Shown: positions 36,553 to 46,317, counted from the stretch's first letter. The stretch is 64,000 bases of DNA from Candidatus Woesearchaeota archaeon (GCA_043807015.1 JAZDGJ010000028.1:1537-65536); one strand, 5' to 3'. Made by a program: numbers and translations. The notes: generated by a model not told the origin, from the letters alone.

Positions 36553-36577
36553 TGCAGAACTGCCTTTCGTAAAGTCG

Positions 36578-36588
36578 CTATATAAAAC
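36578..36588 (-). promoter_or_regulatory. TATA box of acs promoter
   Basis: ttttatatag on the minus strand about 30 nt upstream of ATG 36552. Confidence 0.45.
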
Positions 36589-36679
36589 TTTTGGCAGTTT
36601 TTCAGCCGAAAACAAAACCGCAACATTTTAATATGAGTGTTGTTACTTACCTGTTACGCAACATTTGTGAGGTAACTAA

Positions 36680-37501
36680 ATGATAGTAAAAGAAGAGTTC
36701 CTGAGCAAGTTAAGAACTTATTTTTCTTTAAACCTTTATGAAGTCAAGGTATGGACTGCATTGCTTTCCCGCGGCGTAGCAACCGCCGGAGAACTTTCTG
36801 ATATTGCGAATGTTCCTAGGTCTAGGAGCTATGATGTTCTTGAAAGCCTTGAGAAAAAAGGATTTGTCGTCATGAAATTCGGCAAGCCGATAAAATACCT
36901 TGCGGTGCAGCCTGCCGAGGTTGTTGAAAGGGTAAAGAAACACATGAAGTCTGAGGCTGACATCAAGATAAAGAGGCTTGACGAGATAAAAAACACTGAA
37001 GTTATTGACGAGCTAAAAACATTGCACACCCAGGGCATTGAGCTTGTTGAGCCGTCAGACCTTTCAGGAAGCCTGAAGGGAAGGCACAACCTTTACAATC
37101 ACCTTGACTTGATGATTAGGAACGCTGAAAAGTCTGTTGTCATTATGACGACAGAGCAGGGGCTTATGAGGAAGATAGAAGGGCTTAAGCCCTCAATGGA
37201 AAAAGTCAAGAAGCGCGGCGTGAAGATAAGGATTGCAGCGCCTGTGACTCGCGAGAATAAAGATGCTGTGAAGGACATTGAGGAAGTTGCAGAAGTCCGC
37301 AATACTGGTGCAAAGGCAAGGTTCTGCATTATTGACGGAAAAGAGCTTATGTTCATGGTTCTGGACGACTCAAACGTGCATCCGACTTACGATGTCGGCA
37401 TATGGGTCAACACGCCATTCTTTGCTTCAGCGCTGGAGTCGCTGTTTGACGAGACGTGGAAGACGTTGAAGCCTGCAAACGAAATACTGAGAAAGCTCTG
37501 A
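36680..37501 (+). CDS. TrmB-family transcriptional regulator, TrmBL2-like, copy 2
   Basis: HTH VKVWTALLSRGVATAGELSDIANVPRSRSYDVLESLEKKGF is nearly identical to copy 1 over about 40 aa. Confidence 0.75.
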   Translation: MIVKEEFLSKLRTYFSLNLYEVKVWTALLSRGVATAGELSDIANVPRSRSYDVLESLEKKGFVVMKFGKPIKYLAVQPAEVVERVKKHMKSEADIKIKRLDEIKNTEVIDELKTLHTQGIELVEPSDLSGSLKGRHNLYNHLDLMIRNAEKSVVIMTTEQGLMRKIEGLKPSMEKVKKRGVKIRIAAPVTRENKDAVKDIEEVAEVRNTGAKARFCIIDGKELMFMVLDDSNVHPTYDVGIWVNTPFFASALESLFDETWKTLKPANEILRKL

Positions 37502-37504
37502 GCA

Positions 37505-37570
37505 TCAGAATTCCACCATTCTGAGAATGGTGGAGTAAGCTGCTGAAGTTAATGGCTAGTGGAATTCTGA
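37505..37570. repeat. second copy of tcagaattccac / gtggaattctga inverted-repeat element with nested 10-bp palindrome, at 3' end of trmB copy 2
   Basis: Arms at 37505-37516 and 37559-37570. Inner ccaccattct g agaatggtgg at 37513-37533. Outer arms extend imperfectly (tgagca ... tgctca). Confidence 0.6.
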
Positions 37571-37681
37571 CTGTGCTCAAAGACCACCTTGCTGCATAAC
37601 CTACCGCAACATACCTCAAATCTCTGATTGGTGGTCTTTGACATGCAAAATTTTTAAATAGGCTTCTTTATTCTTATCTTT

Positions 37682-39190
37682 ATGCCGTCTGATGAGCTTT
37701 TAGCTTCATTGCATCCGCTTGAAAGGAAGGTTCTCTCAATCCTATCGGCAGAATCCTCTTCAAAGCAGCTTTCATCGCTTTCAGGGCTTGATGAGGCTTC
37801 TGTGTTGCGTGCAATACAGTGGCTTGAGAAGCGCGGCTTGGTAAAGTCTTCTGAAAAAATTCTTGAGATTGCTGAGCTTGGCGCCAATGGAGCAGCATAT
37901 TTGAAATCATCAATTCCAGAGCGCAGGCTTCTGAATGCTCTCAAAACACCAACGCCATTGCAGGCATTAATGTCAAAGTTTGCTCCTGATGAGCTTAACA
38001 TAAGCATAGGCGTGCTTAGGAAGAAAGGGATTATAGCTTTCAGCCCTGATAAAGTAATTTCGCTGACAAAGGCGGGCGCATTAGCATTATCCGTTGAGTT
38101 TCCAGAGGAGGCTCTGCTAAAGAAGCTCGCCTCATCGCCCGAAGCAGCTTCATTGTCCAAAGATGAGAGAATGATTTTTGACGAGCTCAGAAAAAGAAAA
38201 GAGCTTGTCGCCCTCTCGCTGAAAAAGGAAACTTTGGCTGTGCTTACAGAGCAGGGGAAGAAAGCCAAGCTTATTGTCTCAAAAGCATCCGAAACTTTTG
38301 AGGACAGGCTCACTCCAAAGATGCTGAGGGATGGCTCCTGGAAAAATGTTTCCTTCAGGCACTATGACCTTTCCTCGCAGGCGCCGAAAGTTTATGGTGG
38401 CAGGAAGCAGCCTTACAGGAAATTCCTCGAGGATGTAAGGGAGAAATTCATCGGTCTTGGTTTTGAGGAGCTATCAGGACCGATTGTTGAGACAGAATTC
38501 TGGAACATGGATGCGCTGTTCATGCCCCAGTTTCACTCGGCAAGGGACATACATGATGCATACTACATTAAAGAGCCGAAATATTCTGCGCCGCTTCCAG
38601 CCGATGTTCTTGCTGCTGTCAAGAAAGCGCACGAGTCTGGAATTCCAGACGGCAAAGGCTGGAGATACAGTTTTGATGTCAAAAGGACACATAGGCATGT
38701 CCTAAGGACTCAGGACACATCAATCTCTCCAAGAATGCTCTGCTCTCCTGAGCTAAAAGTCCCTGGCAAGTATTTCCAGATGGTGAGGTGCTTCAGGTAT
38801 GATGTTGTTGATGCAACTCACCTTGCTGATTTTAACCAGACTGGCGGCTTTGTTGTTGAGGAGGGCATTAACCTGAGGCATTTGTTTGGCCTGCTGAAAA
38901 TGTTTGCAGAAGAATTCTGCCAGACTGACAAAATAAAGATCGTTCCGGGCTATTTTCCATTCACAGAGCCCTCGGCAGCGCTCTATGCAAGGCATCCGGA
39001 TATGGGCTGGATGGAATTGGCAGGAGCTGGAATATTCAGGCCAGAGATGTGCATTCCCCTCGGCGTTAAGGCTCCTGTTATTGCCTGGGGCATCGGTCTT
39101 GATAGGGTTGCAATGTTCAGGATGGGATTAACAGACATAAGGCAGCTTTTCAGCCAGGACCTTCAGTTTTTGAGGAATTCAAAGGTGTGA
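37682..39190 (+). CDS. pheS: phenylalanine--tRNA ligase alpha subunit
   Basis: Class II core FNMDALFMPQFHSARD, motif 3 GAGIFRPE...GIGLDR. Confidence 0.9.
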   Translation: MPSDELLASLHPLERKVLSILSAESSSKQLSSLSGLDEASVLRAIQWLEKRGLVKSSEKILEIAELGANGAAYLKSSIPERRLLNALKTPTPLQALMSKFAPDELNISIGVLRKKGIIAFSPDKVISLTKAGALALSVEFPEEALLKKLASSPEAASLSKDERMIFDELRKRKELVALSLKKETLAVLTEQGKKAKLIVSKASETFEDRLTPKMLRDGSWKNVSFRHYDLSSQAPKVYGGRKQPYRKFLEDVREKFIGLGFEELSGPIVETEFWNMDALFMPQFHSARDIHDAYYIKEPKYSAPLPADVLAAVKKAHESGIPDGKGWRYSFDVKRTHRHVLRTQDTSISPRMLCSPELKVPGKYFQMVRCFRYDVVDATHLADFNQTGGFVVEEGINLRHLFGLLKMFAEEFCQTDKIKIVPGYFPFTEPSAALYARHPDMGWMELAGAGIFRPEMCIPLGVKAPVIAWGIGLDRVAMFRMGLTDIRQLFSQDLQFLRNSKV

Positions 39191-39191
39191 A

Positions 39192-40853
39192 ATGCCCAAA
39201 ATAACTTTCCAGCTAAATGACCTGAATGCTCTTGTGGGTAAAAAGATTTCTGAAGAGGAATTGGAAGAGATGATGAGCTATTATGCGAAGGGCGAGCTTG
39301 AGTCATATGATGAAAAAACAGATGAGGTCATAGTCAGCCTTGATGACACAAACCAGCCAGCCTTGTGGAGCGTTGAAGGCTTGGCAAGGCTTTTCAGGCA
39401 TGTTCTCGGGCTGCAGAAAGGGATTCCTGAAATGCAGGTGACGAAAGAAGGCTATGTGATTGAAGTTGACCCTTCGGTAAAGAATGTCAGGCCATTTATC
39501 TCTGCATTTGTGTTTAAGGGAAAGCCCCTTGATGATTACCTGCTCAAGCAGCTTATCCAGCTGCAGGAAAAGATTGCCGAGGGCTATGGGAGAAAAAGGC
39601 AGAAATTGTCCATAGGGCTTTATCCGGCAAGCAAGGTCAAGTTCCCGATAAGGTATACAACAGTAGCTCCTGATGGAATCAAGTTTGTGCCTTTGGAGTT
39701 CTCAAAAGAGCTGACTCCTGCAGAGATACTTGAGCAGCATCCTAAAGGAAAGGAATATGCCTGGATTCTCAAGGGTGCAAAGCGCTATCCGCTTCTTATT
39801 GACAGCAACAACCACGTGCTGAGCATGGCACCCATCATTAATTCAGAATTCACAGGCAAGCTTGAAGTTGGCGACCGCGAGGTCTTATTTGAGATTACAG
39901 GCACTGATGAAGAATCGGTTTACCTTGCAACCAATATTTTTGCGCAGAATCTTTCCGAGAGGGGATATGAGATTTTCAGCACAGCAATACTTTACAAAGA
40001 CAGGAAAGTGATTTCTCCTCATCCTTTTAATGAAAAAATCAGGATATCAAAGGAGCAGGTAAAGCGTCTTCTTGGGCTTGACCTGTCTGACCTGGAGATA
40101 AAGCGCCTTGTGGAGAAGGCAGGCTATGATTTCTCCAATTACACAGTTTCAATTCCGCCATACAGGGCAGACATCATGCACCCATTTGATGTTATTGAGG
40201 ATATTGCAATAATGTACAACTTTGGCAGGATTAAGCCGTTGCCTCTGGAAAGCTATACTGTCGGCTGCACAACGCCTGAAGTAAAGTTTGCCGACAAGGT
40301 AAGGGAGCTTGTAATTGGTCTTGGATGCCAGGAAATCCTGAGCACTGTGCTTTCCAACACAGACGCTATTTGCACAAAAATGGGCGTGCCGAGTTCTGGC
40401 ACAGTTGAGATTGAGAATTACATGTCTGAGACTTATTCAGCAGTCAGAAGCTGGCTTCTTCCAATGCTTATGGAGTTCCTTTCAAAGAACAAGCATGTTG
40501 ATTACCCGCAGCGGATTTTTGAGCAAGGTCTTGTGGTGGTGAAGAGCGGCAATAAGCTTGCTGACGTGGAGAAATTAGCTGTCGCTTTCGCGCATTCAAC
40601 TGCAGACTTCACAGAGATTAAGCAGGCTATGGAGGCTTTGTTCAGGGCTCTGGGTGTTGATTACACCATCAAGCCTGAAGAGCACAGCTCTTTCATCAGG
40701 GGAAGATGCGGAAGTATTTACGTCAACAAGAAGGCGGTTGCCATAATCGGCGAGATTAGCCCTGCAGTGCTTTCCGCATGGGGCATAGAAGTTCCTGTTG
40801 CCGCATTGGAAATTGACTTGACTAGCTTGATGGAGTCTATTGGGAAGAAGTAG
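39192..40853 (+). CDS. pheT: phenylalanine--tRNA ligase beta subunit
   Basis: 553 aa, B3/B4 and B5 domains. Immediately follows pheS. Confidence 0.85.
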   Translation: MPKITFQLNDLNALVGKKISEEELEEMMSYYAKGELESYDEKTDEVIVSLDDTNQPALWSVEGLARLFRHVLGLQKGIPEMQVTKEGYVIEVDPSVKNVRPFISAFVFKGKPLDDYLLKQLIQLQEKIAEGYGRKRQKLSIGLYPASKVKFPIRYTTVAPDGIKFVPLEFSKELTPAEILEQHPKGKEYAWILKGAKRYPLLIDSNNHVLSMAPIINSEFTGKLEVGDREVLFEITGTDEESVYLATNIFAQNLSERGYEIFSTAILYKDRKVISPHPFNEKIRISKEQVKRLLGLDLSDLEIKRLVEKAGYDFSNYTVSIPPYRADIMHPFDVIEDIAIMYNFGRIKPLPLESYTVGCTTPEVKFADKVRELVIGLGCQEILSTVLSNTDAICTKMGVPSSGTVEIENYMSETYSAVRSWLLPMLMEFLSKNKHVDYPQRIFEQGLVVVKSGNKLADVEKLAVAFAHSTADFTEIKQAMEALFRALGVDYTIKPEEHSSFIRGRCGSIYVNKKAVAIIGEISPAVLSAWGIEVPVAALEIDLTSLMESIGKK

Positions 40854-41226
40854 CTTTCTCAATTTTCTTCTTTGCAGGGGCTTTCTTTACTGCCTTTTCT
40901 TTTTTGGCAGCAGGCTTCTTCTCGTTAGCCGGCTTTGCGCTTTTGTTTTTTCTCGCTTTTTTCGGCTTCTCTGCTTTCTGCTTTGATTTTTTCTCCTTTA
41001 CTTCAATGCCTGCCTTTTTCAGTTCAGAAACAACAGCCTCATGAGGCGCATTTTTTTCAATTGCAATCTTTTCAGTCATTGGCTCAAGGTGCATTATGTT
41101 GCATCTCTTCCGCCTGAGCTGGCCATCCACAAGGACAAAAGTATCGTCAATTATGTCTATTACCGCTCCCTTTTTGCCAGCATCCCTGCCGGCTACCTTT
41201 ACAACGATTCTTCCGATTTCAATCAT
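40837..41226 (-). CDS. rpl14e: 50S ribosomal protein L14e with about 50-aa Lys/Ala-rich C-terminal extension
   Basis: MIEIGRIVVKVAGRDAGKKGAVIDIIDDTFVLVDG KOW core. Tail KEKKSKQKAEKPKKARKNKSAKPANEKKPAAKKEK. Confidence 0.75.
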   Translation of the reverse strand: MIEIGRIVVKVAGRDAGKKGAVIDIIDDTFVLVDGQLRRKRCNIMHLEPMTEKIAIEKNAPHEAVVSELKKAGIEVKEKKSKQKAEKPKKARKNKSAKPANEKKPAAKKEKAVKKAPAKKKIEKATSSQ

Positions 41227-41227
41227 T

Positions 41228-41494
41228 TTATTTTCTCATCAGCTGCTTTATTTTCTCTCTTGAGCATCTGCTGCACAGCACTCCGCCGTAAGGCCTTTCA
41301 GGCCTTCTCTTGCTTTTTGCAGTATGGGCAACTTGAGATGGCCTGAGCTGCTTAAAACCGTGCAATACCTGGCCGCATTCTGCGCAGAGCACTCTTGCCG
41401 GCTTCCTTCTTCTGTATGCTAGCTTGGTTTCTCCGCCAGGGGTCTTCCTGAAGACCCTTCTGAACGTCCTCGATTTGTGTTTTCCTGTTGGCAT
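41228..41494 (-). CDS. rpl34e: 50S ribosomal protein L34e
   Basis: Zn-ribbon CAECGQVLHG...CSRC. Start MPTGKHKSRTFRR. Confidence 0.8.
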   Translation of the reverse strand: MPTGKHKSRTFRRVFRKTPGGETKLAYRRRKPARVLCAECGQVLHGFKQLRPSQVAHTAKSKRRPERPYGGVLCSRCSREKIKQLMRK

Positions 41495-41532
41495 GGTTTC
41501 CTGTGAATTAGCACTTGTTTAAAAAACTTTGT

Positions 41533-42306
41533 TTAATATACCTTGAGAACCTTTCTCAGTGGGAATGTGAACAGCATCGTCAATATGAAGTATGTGGCAA
41601 ACCAGCCTGGCTGCCAGCCGAATATGCTGAATCCAAAAGGGTGCACGGGCTTTAGGTTCACGGTGATGCTATTTACGCTGCTTTCTTTTGGAATTCCCTT
41701 GTTGGGAGCGGCATTGGCGTATTTCCACTCTTTTGAGATGATCACATCCCTTAAGTAGATTTCCTTGCCGTAAGTGTATTCGAGCGAGTATCCACCGGCA
41801 TCGCCCTTAAGTTTCCACACAACCTTATTGTCGCTGATTTCCTGCGCGGCAGGCGAGAGCATCTCAAGACCAGGTGCGCTAAGAGTTATGTTTTCAGCAC
41901 TTGCTCCTTCTTTGAAAACTACGGTTGTGGTAAACTGTTCGCTGGGCATTATTGGGTAGTAAGCTATGTGCCCCTGAAGCCAGCCGAATATCAGTATTAC
42001 TGGCAGGAATGTGAAGATGTATGACTTGAGCGTGTGCTTCATCTGCTGGCTTGTCATCTTCAGGAGCCTTTGGTTTAGCTCTGTCATTTTCTGCATGTCG
42101 CCCTTTGCAGCCTTCATCTCGTTCTGGATGGTCTTTGTTTCCTCTCGGATATTCTTGAGCTCTTTCTGGTTTGTAGTGTATTTGTAAATGATTGTTATGA
42201 GAATGGAAAGAACAAGAGCAACTACCATTATTGCCCAGAAAGGCGGCAGGCTGAGTAGTGGGGAAAGTGCAAAGTCCATCGCGTTTCCTATTGATTCGAA
42301 GACCAT
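41533..42306 (-). CDS. DUF106-family membrane protein (archaeal YidC/Oxa1/EMC3-like insertase homolog) with C-terminal extra domain
   Basis: TM1, then coiled coil (KELKNIREETKTIQNEMKAAKGDMQKMTELNQRLLK), then TM2/TM3 topology. Conserved position downstream of secY. Confidence 0.55.
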   Translation of the reverse strand: MVFESIGNAMDFALSPLLSLPPFWAIMVVALVLSILITIIYKYTTNQKELKNIREETKTIQNEMKAAKGDMQKMTELNQRLLKMTSQQMKHTLKSYIFTFLPVILIFGWLQGHIAYYPIMPSEQFTTTVVFKEGASAENITLSAPGLEMLSPAAQEISDNKVVWKLKGDAGGYSLEYTYGKEIYLRDVIISKEWKYANAAPNKGIPKESSVNSITVNLKPVHPFGFSIFGWQPGWFATYFILTMLFTFPLRKVLKVY

Positions 42307-42307
42307 T

Positions 42308-43696
42308 TTACTCCATGAACCTCCTGAGCAGAGGATTCATGTCCATCATGTGCTGCTGGGCGATTTCCTCGTAAAGCCTGTAGATTATCATTACTGTAAG
42401 CAGAAGCCCTGTGCCGCTTGTCAATGCGCCTGAGATGTCTGCCAGTGCTGCAAGGAAGCCTACTGCAATAGCGCCCATTACAGTCAATGCGGGAATATAC
42501 CTGTTGAGCAGTGTTTCAAGCACCCTTTCATCCCTTCTGAAGCCTGGAATCTGCAGCCCAGAAGCCATCATGTTCTTTGCCTGCGAAGCCGCATCCATGT
42601 TGGCTGTCTTGACCCAGAAGATTGAGAAAAGCACAGAGCCTGCCATCATGAAGATTGAGAATGTAGCTGCATGCGCAACATCTATCCATTGGAGTGAGCC
42701 CCTTATGGCATTCGCGACAAGGTTTGGGGAAAATACCCAGGCTATGAATCCGCTTTCAGGCGCACCTCCTGAGCTGAAAGTGCCCAGGAACGGTATACCT
42801 TGATTCTGCAGGAGCCTTGCCCAGAGCTGGAAATTTGCCAGCAATGCTGCCGTGAGTATTACCGGAATGTTGCTTGTGTATATGAATGCCAGCGGCCATC
42901 TTATGCCGTGGCCTCTTACTCTGCCGAATGACAGGGGAATTTCAACTTTCATTGCCTGGGAATATACTGCCACCACAAATACTGTTACTGTGGCGATGAT
43001 TGCGAAAAGCGCTACTGCAACCTCTTTAAGGTCGCCTAATGGCAGGAAGTGGAATATTGACAGCAGTGCGCCAACAGGGGCTTCTCCCGATGCCCAGAAA
43101 AATGCACCTGAAGCGCTTACAGGGCTGATGAGCCTCACCACAAGCCCTTTTGAGACTCCTGCAGCAATGAAGAGGCTGACTCCTGAGCCAAATCCCCACT
43201 TGCTTACGACTTCGTCCATGAAGAGTATGAGCACTCCGCCTACGCACAGCTGGAAGAAAAGTACGAATGAGCTCATGAAGCCCGGCACTGCCGGAGAAAG
43301 CCCGCCCATGAAGACGTAAATGAATGCTTCTATTACAATAAACAGGAAAGCCATCAGCTTTTGCGTTCCCTGGAATTTTATTTTGCCCTCTTTTGAGGTC
43401 ATGTCAAATTTCAAGATGCCTGCGCCATTCATCAGTTGCAGCAGTATGGATGCAGTAACAATAGGTCCTATTCCGAGGGATATCAGCGAGCCGAATTCAG
43501 CGCCAAGGATTAGTGACATGAATTCAAACTGTGCTAAGGAGTTGCTGCCTAGCCCATAGAGCGGAATTACCCCCAGGACAAAGAATATTAGTAGAACTAT
43601 GCCTGTCCATTTCAGCTTCTCGGAGAATGAGAGCTTTTTCTCAGTAGGCCTTTTTACCTCTGGCAGGTTTGATAATATGTTTTCAATCAGAGACAT
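42308..43696 (-). CDS. secY: preprotein translocase SecY
   Basis: 462 aa, 10 TM, conserved plug and TM2/TM7 regions. Confidence 0.9.
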   Translation of the reverse strand: MSLIENILSNLPEVKRPTEKKLSFSEKLKWTGIVLLIFFVLGVIPLYGLGSNSLAQFEFMSLILGAEFGSLISLGIGPIVTASILLQLMNGAGILKFDMTSKEGKIKFQGTQKLMAFLFIVIEAFIYVFMGGLSPAVPGFMSSFVLFFQLCVGGVLILFMDEVVSKWGFGSGVSLFIAAGVSKGLVVRLISPVSASGAFFWASGEAPVGALLSIFHFLPLGDLKEVAVALFAIIATVTVFVVAVYSQAMKVEIPLSFGRVRGHGIRWPLAFIYTSNIPVILTAALLANFQLWARLLQNQGIPFLGTFSSGGAPESGFIAWVFSPNLVANAIRGSLQWIDVAHAATFSIFMMAGSVLFSIFWVKTANMDAASQAKNMMASGLQIPGFRRDERVLETLLNRYIPALTVMGAIAVGFLAALADISGALTSGTGLLLTVMIIYRLYEEIAQQHMMDMNPLLRRFME

Positions 43697-43700
43697 ATTT

Positions 43701-44150
43701 TCACTCTTTCTTTGCTGCGGTTATTACTTCCCCGCCCGCTTCCTTAACCGCCTCGACAGCGTTTTTGGAAGCTGAATCAACAGCAACCTTGACCTTGATG
43801 CCCAACTTCCCTGATCCAAGCAGTTTGCCGATTCCCAAGGCGCCCAGGTCAATAACATAGATGCCAGCTTCTATTTTAGCCTTTTTATCTTCAACAAGTT
43901 TCGGGAGCTTTTGCTCAAGCTCGCTTATGTTGATGGTGCCGAGCTCTTTTCTTCTTTGGTTCACAAAGCCGTGCTTGCCCTGCCATCTTTCTGCCCAGAG
44001 GGATGGCATCTTGGTGTCAGCCCTTTTGCCGCTGCCTGCATTTCCAAAGCCTCCTCTGCTCCCGCTGCCGCGGTGGTGCTTCTTTGTTCCCCAGCCGCAG
44101 GTATGGGAGCCGCGCTGCCTTGAGTTTTTCTTTCTCTTGTTTATTGTCAT
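43701..44150 (-). CDS. rpl15: 50S ribosomal protein L15 (uL15)
   Basis: Gly-rich N-terminus RGSHTCGWGTKKHHRGSGSRGG. Confidence 0.85.
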   Translation of the reverse strand: MTINKRKKNSRQRGSHTCGWGTKKHHRGSGSRGGFGNAGSGKRADTKMPSLWAERWQGKHGFVNQRRKELGTINISELEQKLPKLVEDKKAKIEAGIYVIDLGALGIGKLLGSGKLGIKVKVAVDSASKNAVEAVKEAGGEVITAAKKE

Positions 44151-44494
44151 CTTATCATCCTTTTGAGCAGCAGGTCGATTTTTTCTCTCCTATTGCCGAG
44201 GGCTCCTTTAGGAAACGCTCTTTTTATTCCGCCCCTGTAGCCGCCTATAGGTGGGTTGAGGTTGAAGAATTTCTTTTCCTTGTATTTCTGTTTAAGCAAG
44301 TTAAGCATTTCTTCGCTTATGATGCCCCAAGTAACATAGTCCTTTACTTTGTGTATCATGCCCTTGTTTGAAGGAGTATCTTCAATTACTACGCAATAAT
44401 TTTTTCTGTACAGGCGGAGCATTTCAAGTGTTGAAACTACGTCGCCCGAGGCTTTTATTGCGCTCCTTAGTCTGATTATTGCAATTTTTGTCAT
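44147..44494 (-). CDS. rpl30: 50S ribosomal protein L30 (uL30)
   Basis: IAIIRLRSAIKAS...TLEMLRL pattern. Position between S5 and L15. Confidence 0.75.
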   Translation of the reverse strand: MTKIAIIRLRSAIKASGDVVSTLEMLRLYRKNYCVVIEDTPSNKGMIHKVKDYVTWGIISEEMLNLLKQKYKEKKFFNLNPPIGGYRGGIKRAFPKGALGNRREKIDLLLKRMIR

Positions 44495-45288
44495 GCTGCC
44501 GCACCGTTAGCTTTTCCATCCTGAACACCAAGCTCTTCAATATCTTTTTGGGTGACTTTTGTTTCTGTAAGGCTCTTAAGCGCCATGAAGCACGCCCGTG
44601 CAAGGTTTCCAGAGGATCGTGTCTGTCCCTTTGTTTTCGTCCATACGTCCTTTATTCCTGCGATTGCCAGCATCTTCTGGCATTCGCTCTGTATTTTCAG
44701 CCCTGTTCCCTTTGGAGCGGGCATTAACAGTATTCTTATTGAGCCGCATTTGCCGCTGACCTTGAAGGGTATTGTGTGTGGCTCTTTGCAGCCGCATACC
44801 CATGAACCGCATCCCCGTCTTATTTTTATTATGTTGAGCTTTGCCTTGCGCAGTGCCTTTTCCCTTGCGGGAACTGTCTCGCGGCCTTTCCCGATTCCCA
44901 TTCCGACAAAGCCGTCCTTGTTGCCGACTATGATGCAGGTTGAGAAGCTTGGCTTGTTGCCCTCATTTGTCTTCTTCTGCGTCTGGTTGAAGACCCTCTT
45001 CTGGCCGCCTCCGAATTTTCCCTTTGCCTGCCCTATCATTATGACATCTGCCTCAAGGTTAGGTATGAGTATGTCAACTATTTCCTGCTCCATTATTTTG
45101 TTGCCGCTGTCAAGTATTTGCCCCAGTTCTGTTATCTCTCCTGACTTGACTTTCTTGCCAAGGGATGTTCTTGGAGTCCATTCTTCCTTTCTTGCGGCAA
45201 CTACTGCGCCGAGCTCAATCTTTTCAAGATCTTCCTCGGCAATTGCAGGCACTATTACTGGTTCCTCAACAGTCTCTTCTTTTTTCAT
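44491..45288 (-). CDS. rps5: 30S ribosomal protein S5 (uS5)
   Basis: dsRBD plus S5 C-terminal domain (GKFGGGQKRVFNQTQK...IGKGRETVPAREKA). Confidence 0.85.
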   Translation of the reverse strand: MKKEETVEEPVIVPAIAEEDLEKIELGAVVAARKEEWTPRTSLGKKVKSGEITELGQILDSGNKIMEQEIVDILIPNLEADVIMIGQAKGKFGGGQKRVFNQTQKKTNEGNKPSFSTCIIVGNKDGFVGMGIGKGRETVPAREKALRKAKLNIIKIRRGCGSWVCGCKEPHTIPFKVSGKCGSIRILLMPAPKGTGLKIQSECQKMLAIAGIKDVWTKTKGQTRSSGNLARACFMALKSLTETKVTQKDIEELGVQDGKANGAAA

Positions 45289-45872
45289 TTGGATCCCTTC
45301 AACACAGACTCTTTTACTTTGTTGAACATTTCTACAATCTGTTCAGGCGCTGCGTTGTTCTTTATGTAGCCTGAAAAAATCTTTTTGTAAAGCTCCGGGT
45401 TTCCATTCTTCAGTTTTGCAGCATAGTCTGCAATGTGCTTTCCAGATAACCGCTCATTTGACGGAAAGTTATCTGCTGAGAAAGGAGTCTTCAGCCCGCC
45501 GTCAATAGCGCCCTTAAGCGCAGCATAAACCCTGGCTCCCTTGACAGATTTGTTGAATCCGATGTCTGCCACGCATTCGCCGACTTTGGCAGCCTTGGCT
45601 TTCTGCGCCAGAAGCAGCCCTGCAAGGTATGCTGATGGAACGTTTCCTGTGTTGGTAGTCCAGCCGAATTTTTTCAGCTCAGATGCCTTTGCATTGGCAA
45701 GTATCCTGTCGCCTGTTTCAGTGTATTCTGAAACTTGCAGGACAACATCATTGAGAGAGCGCCTGATTACAAGCCTCGGCTTTTTGGAGAGCAGCAGCTT
45801 TAGGCGCTTGCGGTAATCAGTAAGCCCTTCTCGCCTTCTCCTGAAGCTGACAACCTGTTTTGTGTTTTTCAT
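45285..45872 (-). CDS. rpl18: 50S ribosomal protein L18 (uL18)
   Basis: RRRREGLTDYRKRLKLL start. Confidence 0.85.
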   Translation of the reverse strand: MKNTKQVVSFRRRREGLTDYRKRLKLLLSKKPRLVIRRSLNDVVLQVSEYTETGDRILANAKASELKKFGWTTNTGNVPSAYLAGLLLAQKAKAAKVGECVADIGFNKSVKGARVYAALKGAIDGGLKTPFSADNFPSNERLSGKHIADYAAKLKNGNPELYKKIFSGYIKNNAAPEQIVEMFNKVKESVLKGSK

Positions 45873-46315
45873 TTCTTAAGTCCCCTTTCTTCTATGTAAA
45901 GCATCATGTGCCTCTTGCTTCTGAAGAAGCCGCCTTTGACTTTCATGTAAAGCTCCCTGTATTCTTCCTGGTTCACTTTCTTTGACTCCTTGAGCTCTCT
46001 GAGCGTACTTCTCTGCAGCCTAACCTTTCCCATCCATTTTTCCTTGTCGCGCATCCTTGCGCCGTAGGTGCCTTTTCTTGTTCCATGCCCTCGCCTTCTT
46101 CCTTTTTTGCGCTGTTCAATTCTTAGGATTGCCCTGTATCTTGAGATTCCTTTCTCAGGTGCCCTGGTTATCAGCCCTTTTTTTATGAGCCCCTTTACAT
46201 CCTTATTGGTGATGGCTTCCTTTATCTGTTCAAGGCTGCCTGTGTCAAACCTTATCCTGTCCAAGCCGCAGTTCATTATCTGCGATGCTAGCCTTTTTTG
46301 CAGTGTGAGATTCAT
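45869..46315 (-). CDS. rpl19e: 50S ribosomal protein L19e
   Basis: MNLTLQKRLASQIMNCGLDRIRFD start. Confidence 0.85.
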   Translation of the reverse strand: MNLTLQKRLASQIMNCGLDRIRFDTGSLEQIKEAITNKDVKGLIKKGLITRAPEKGISRYRAILRIEQRKKGRRRGHGTRKGTYGARMRDKEKWMGKVRLQRSTLRELKESKKVNQEEYRELYMKVKGGFFRSKRHMMLYIEERGLKK

Positions 46316-46317
46316 TT

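Noticed and set aside
34609-36615. 668-aa acs form with 21-aa N-terminal extension
   Set aside because: Begins on TTG. An in-frame ATG at 36552 has a well-placed TATA (ctatataaaac) about 30 nt upstream, so the shorter form is preferred.
41533-42306. Adenylate kinase at the secY-proximal position
   Set aside because: The ORF has TM helices and a coiled coil, no P-loop. It is DUF106/YidC-like, not Adk.
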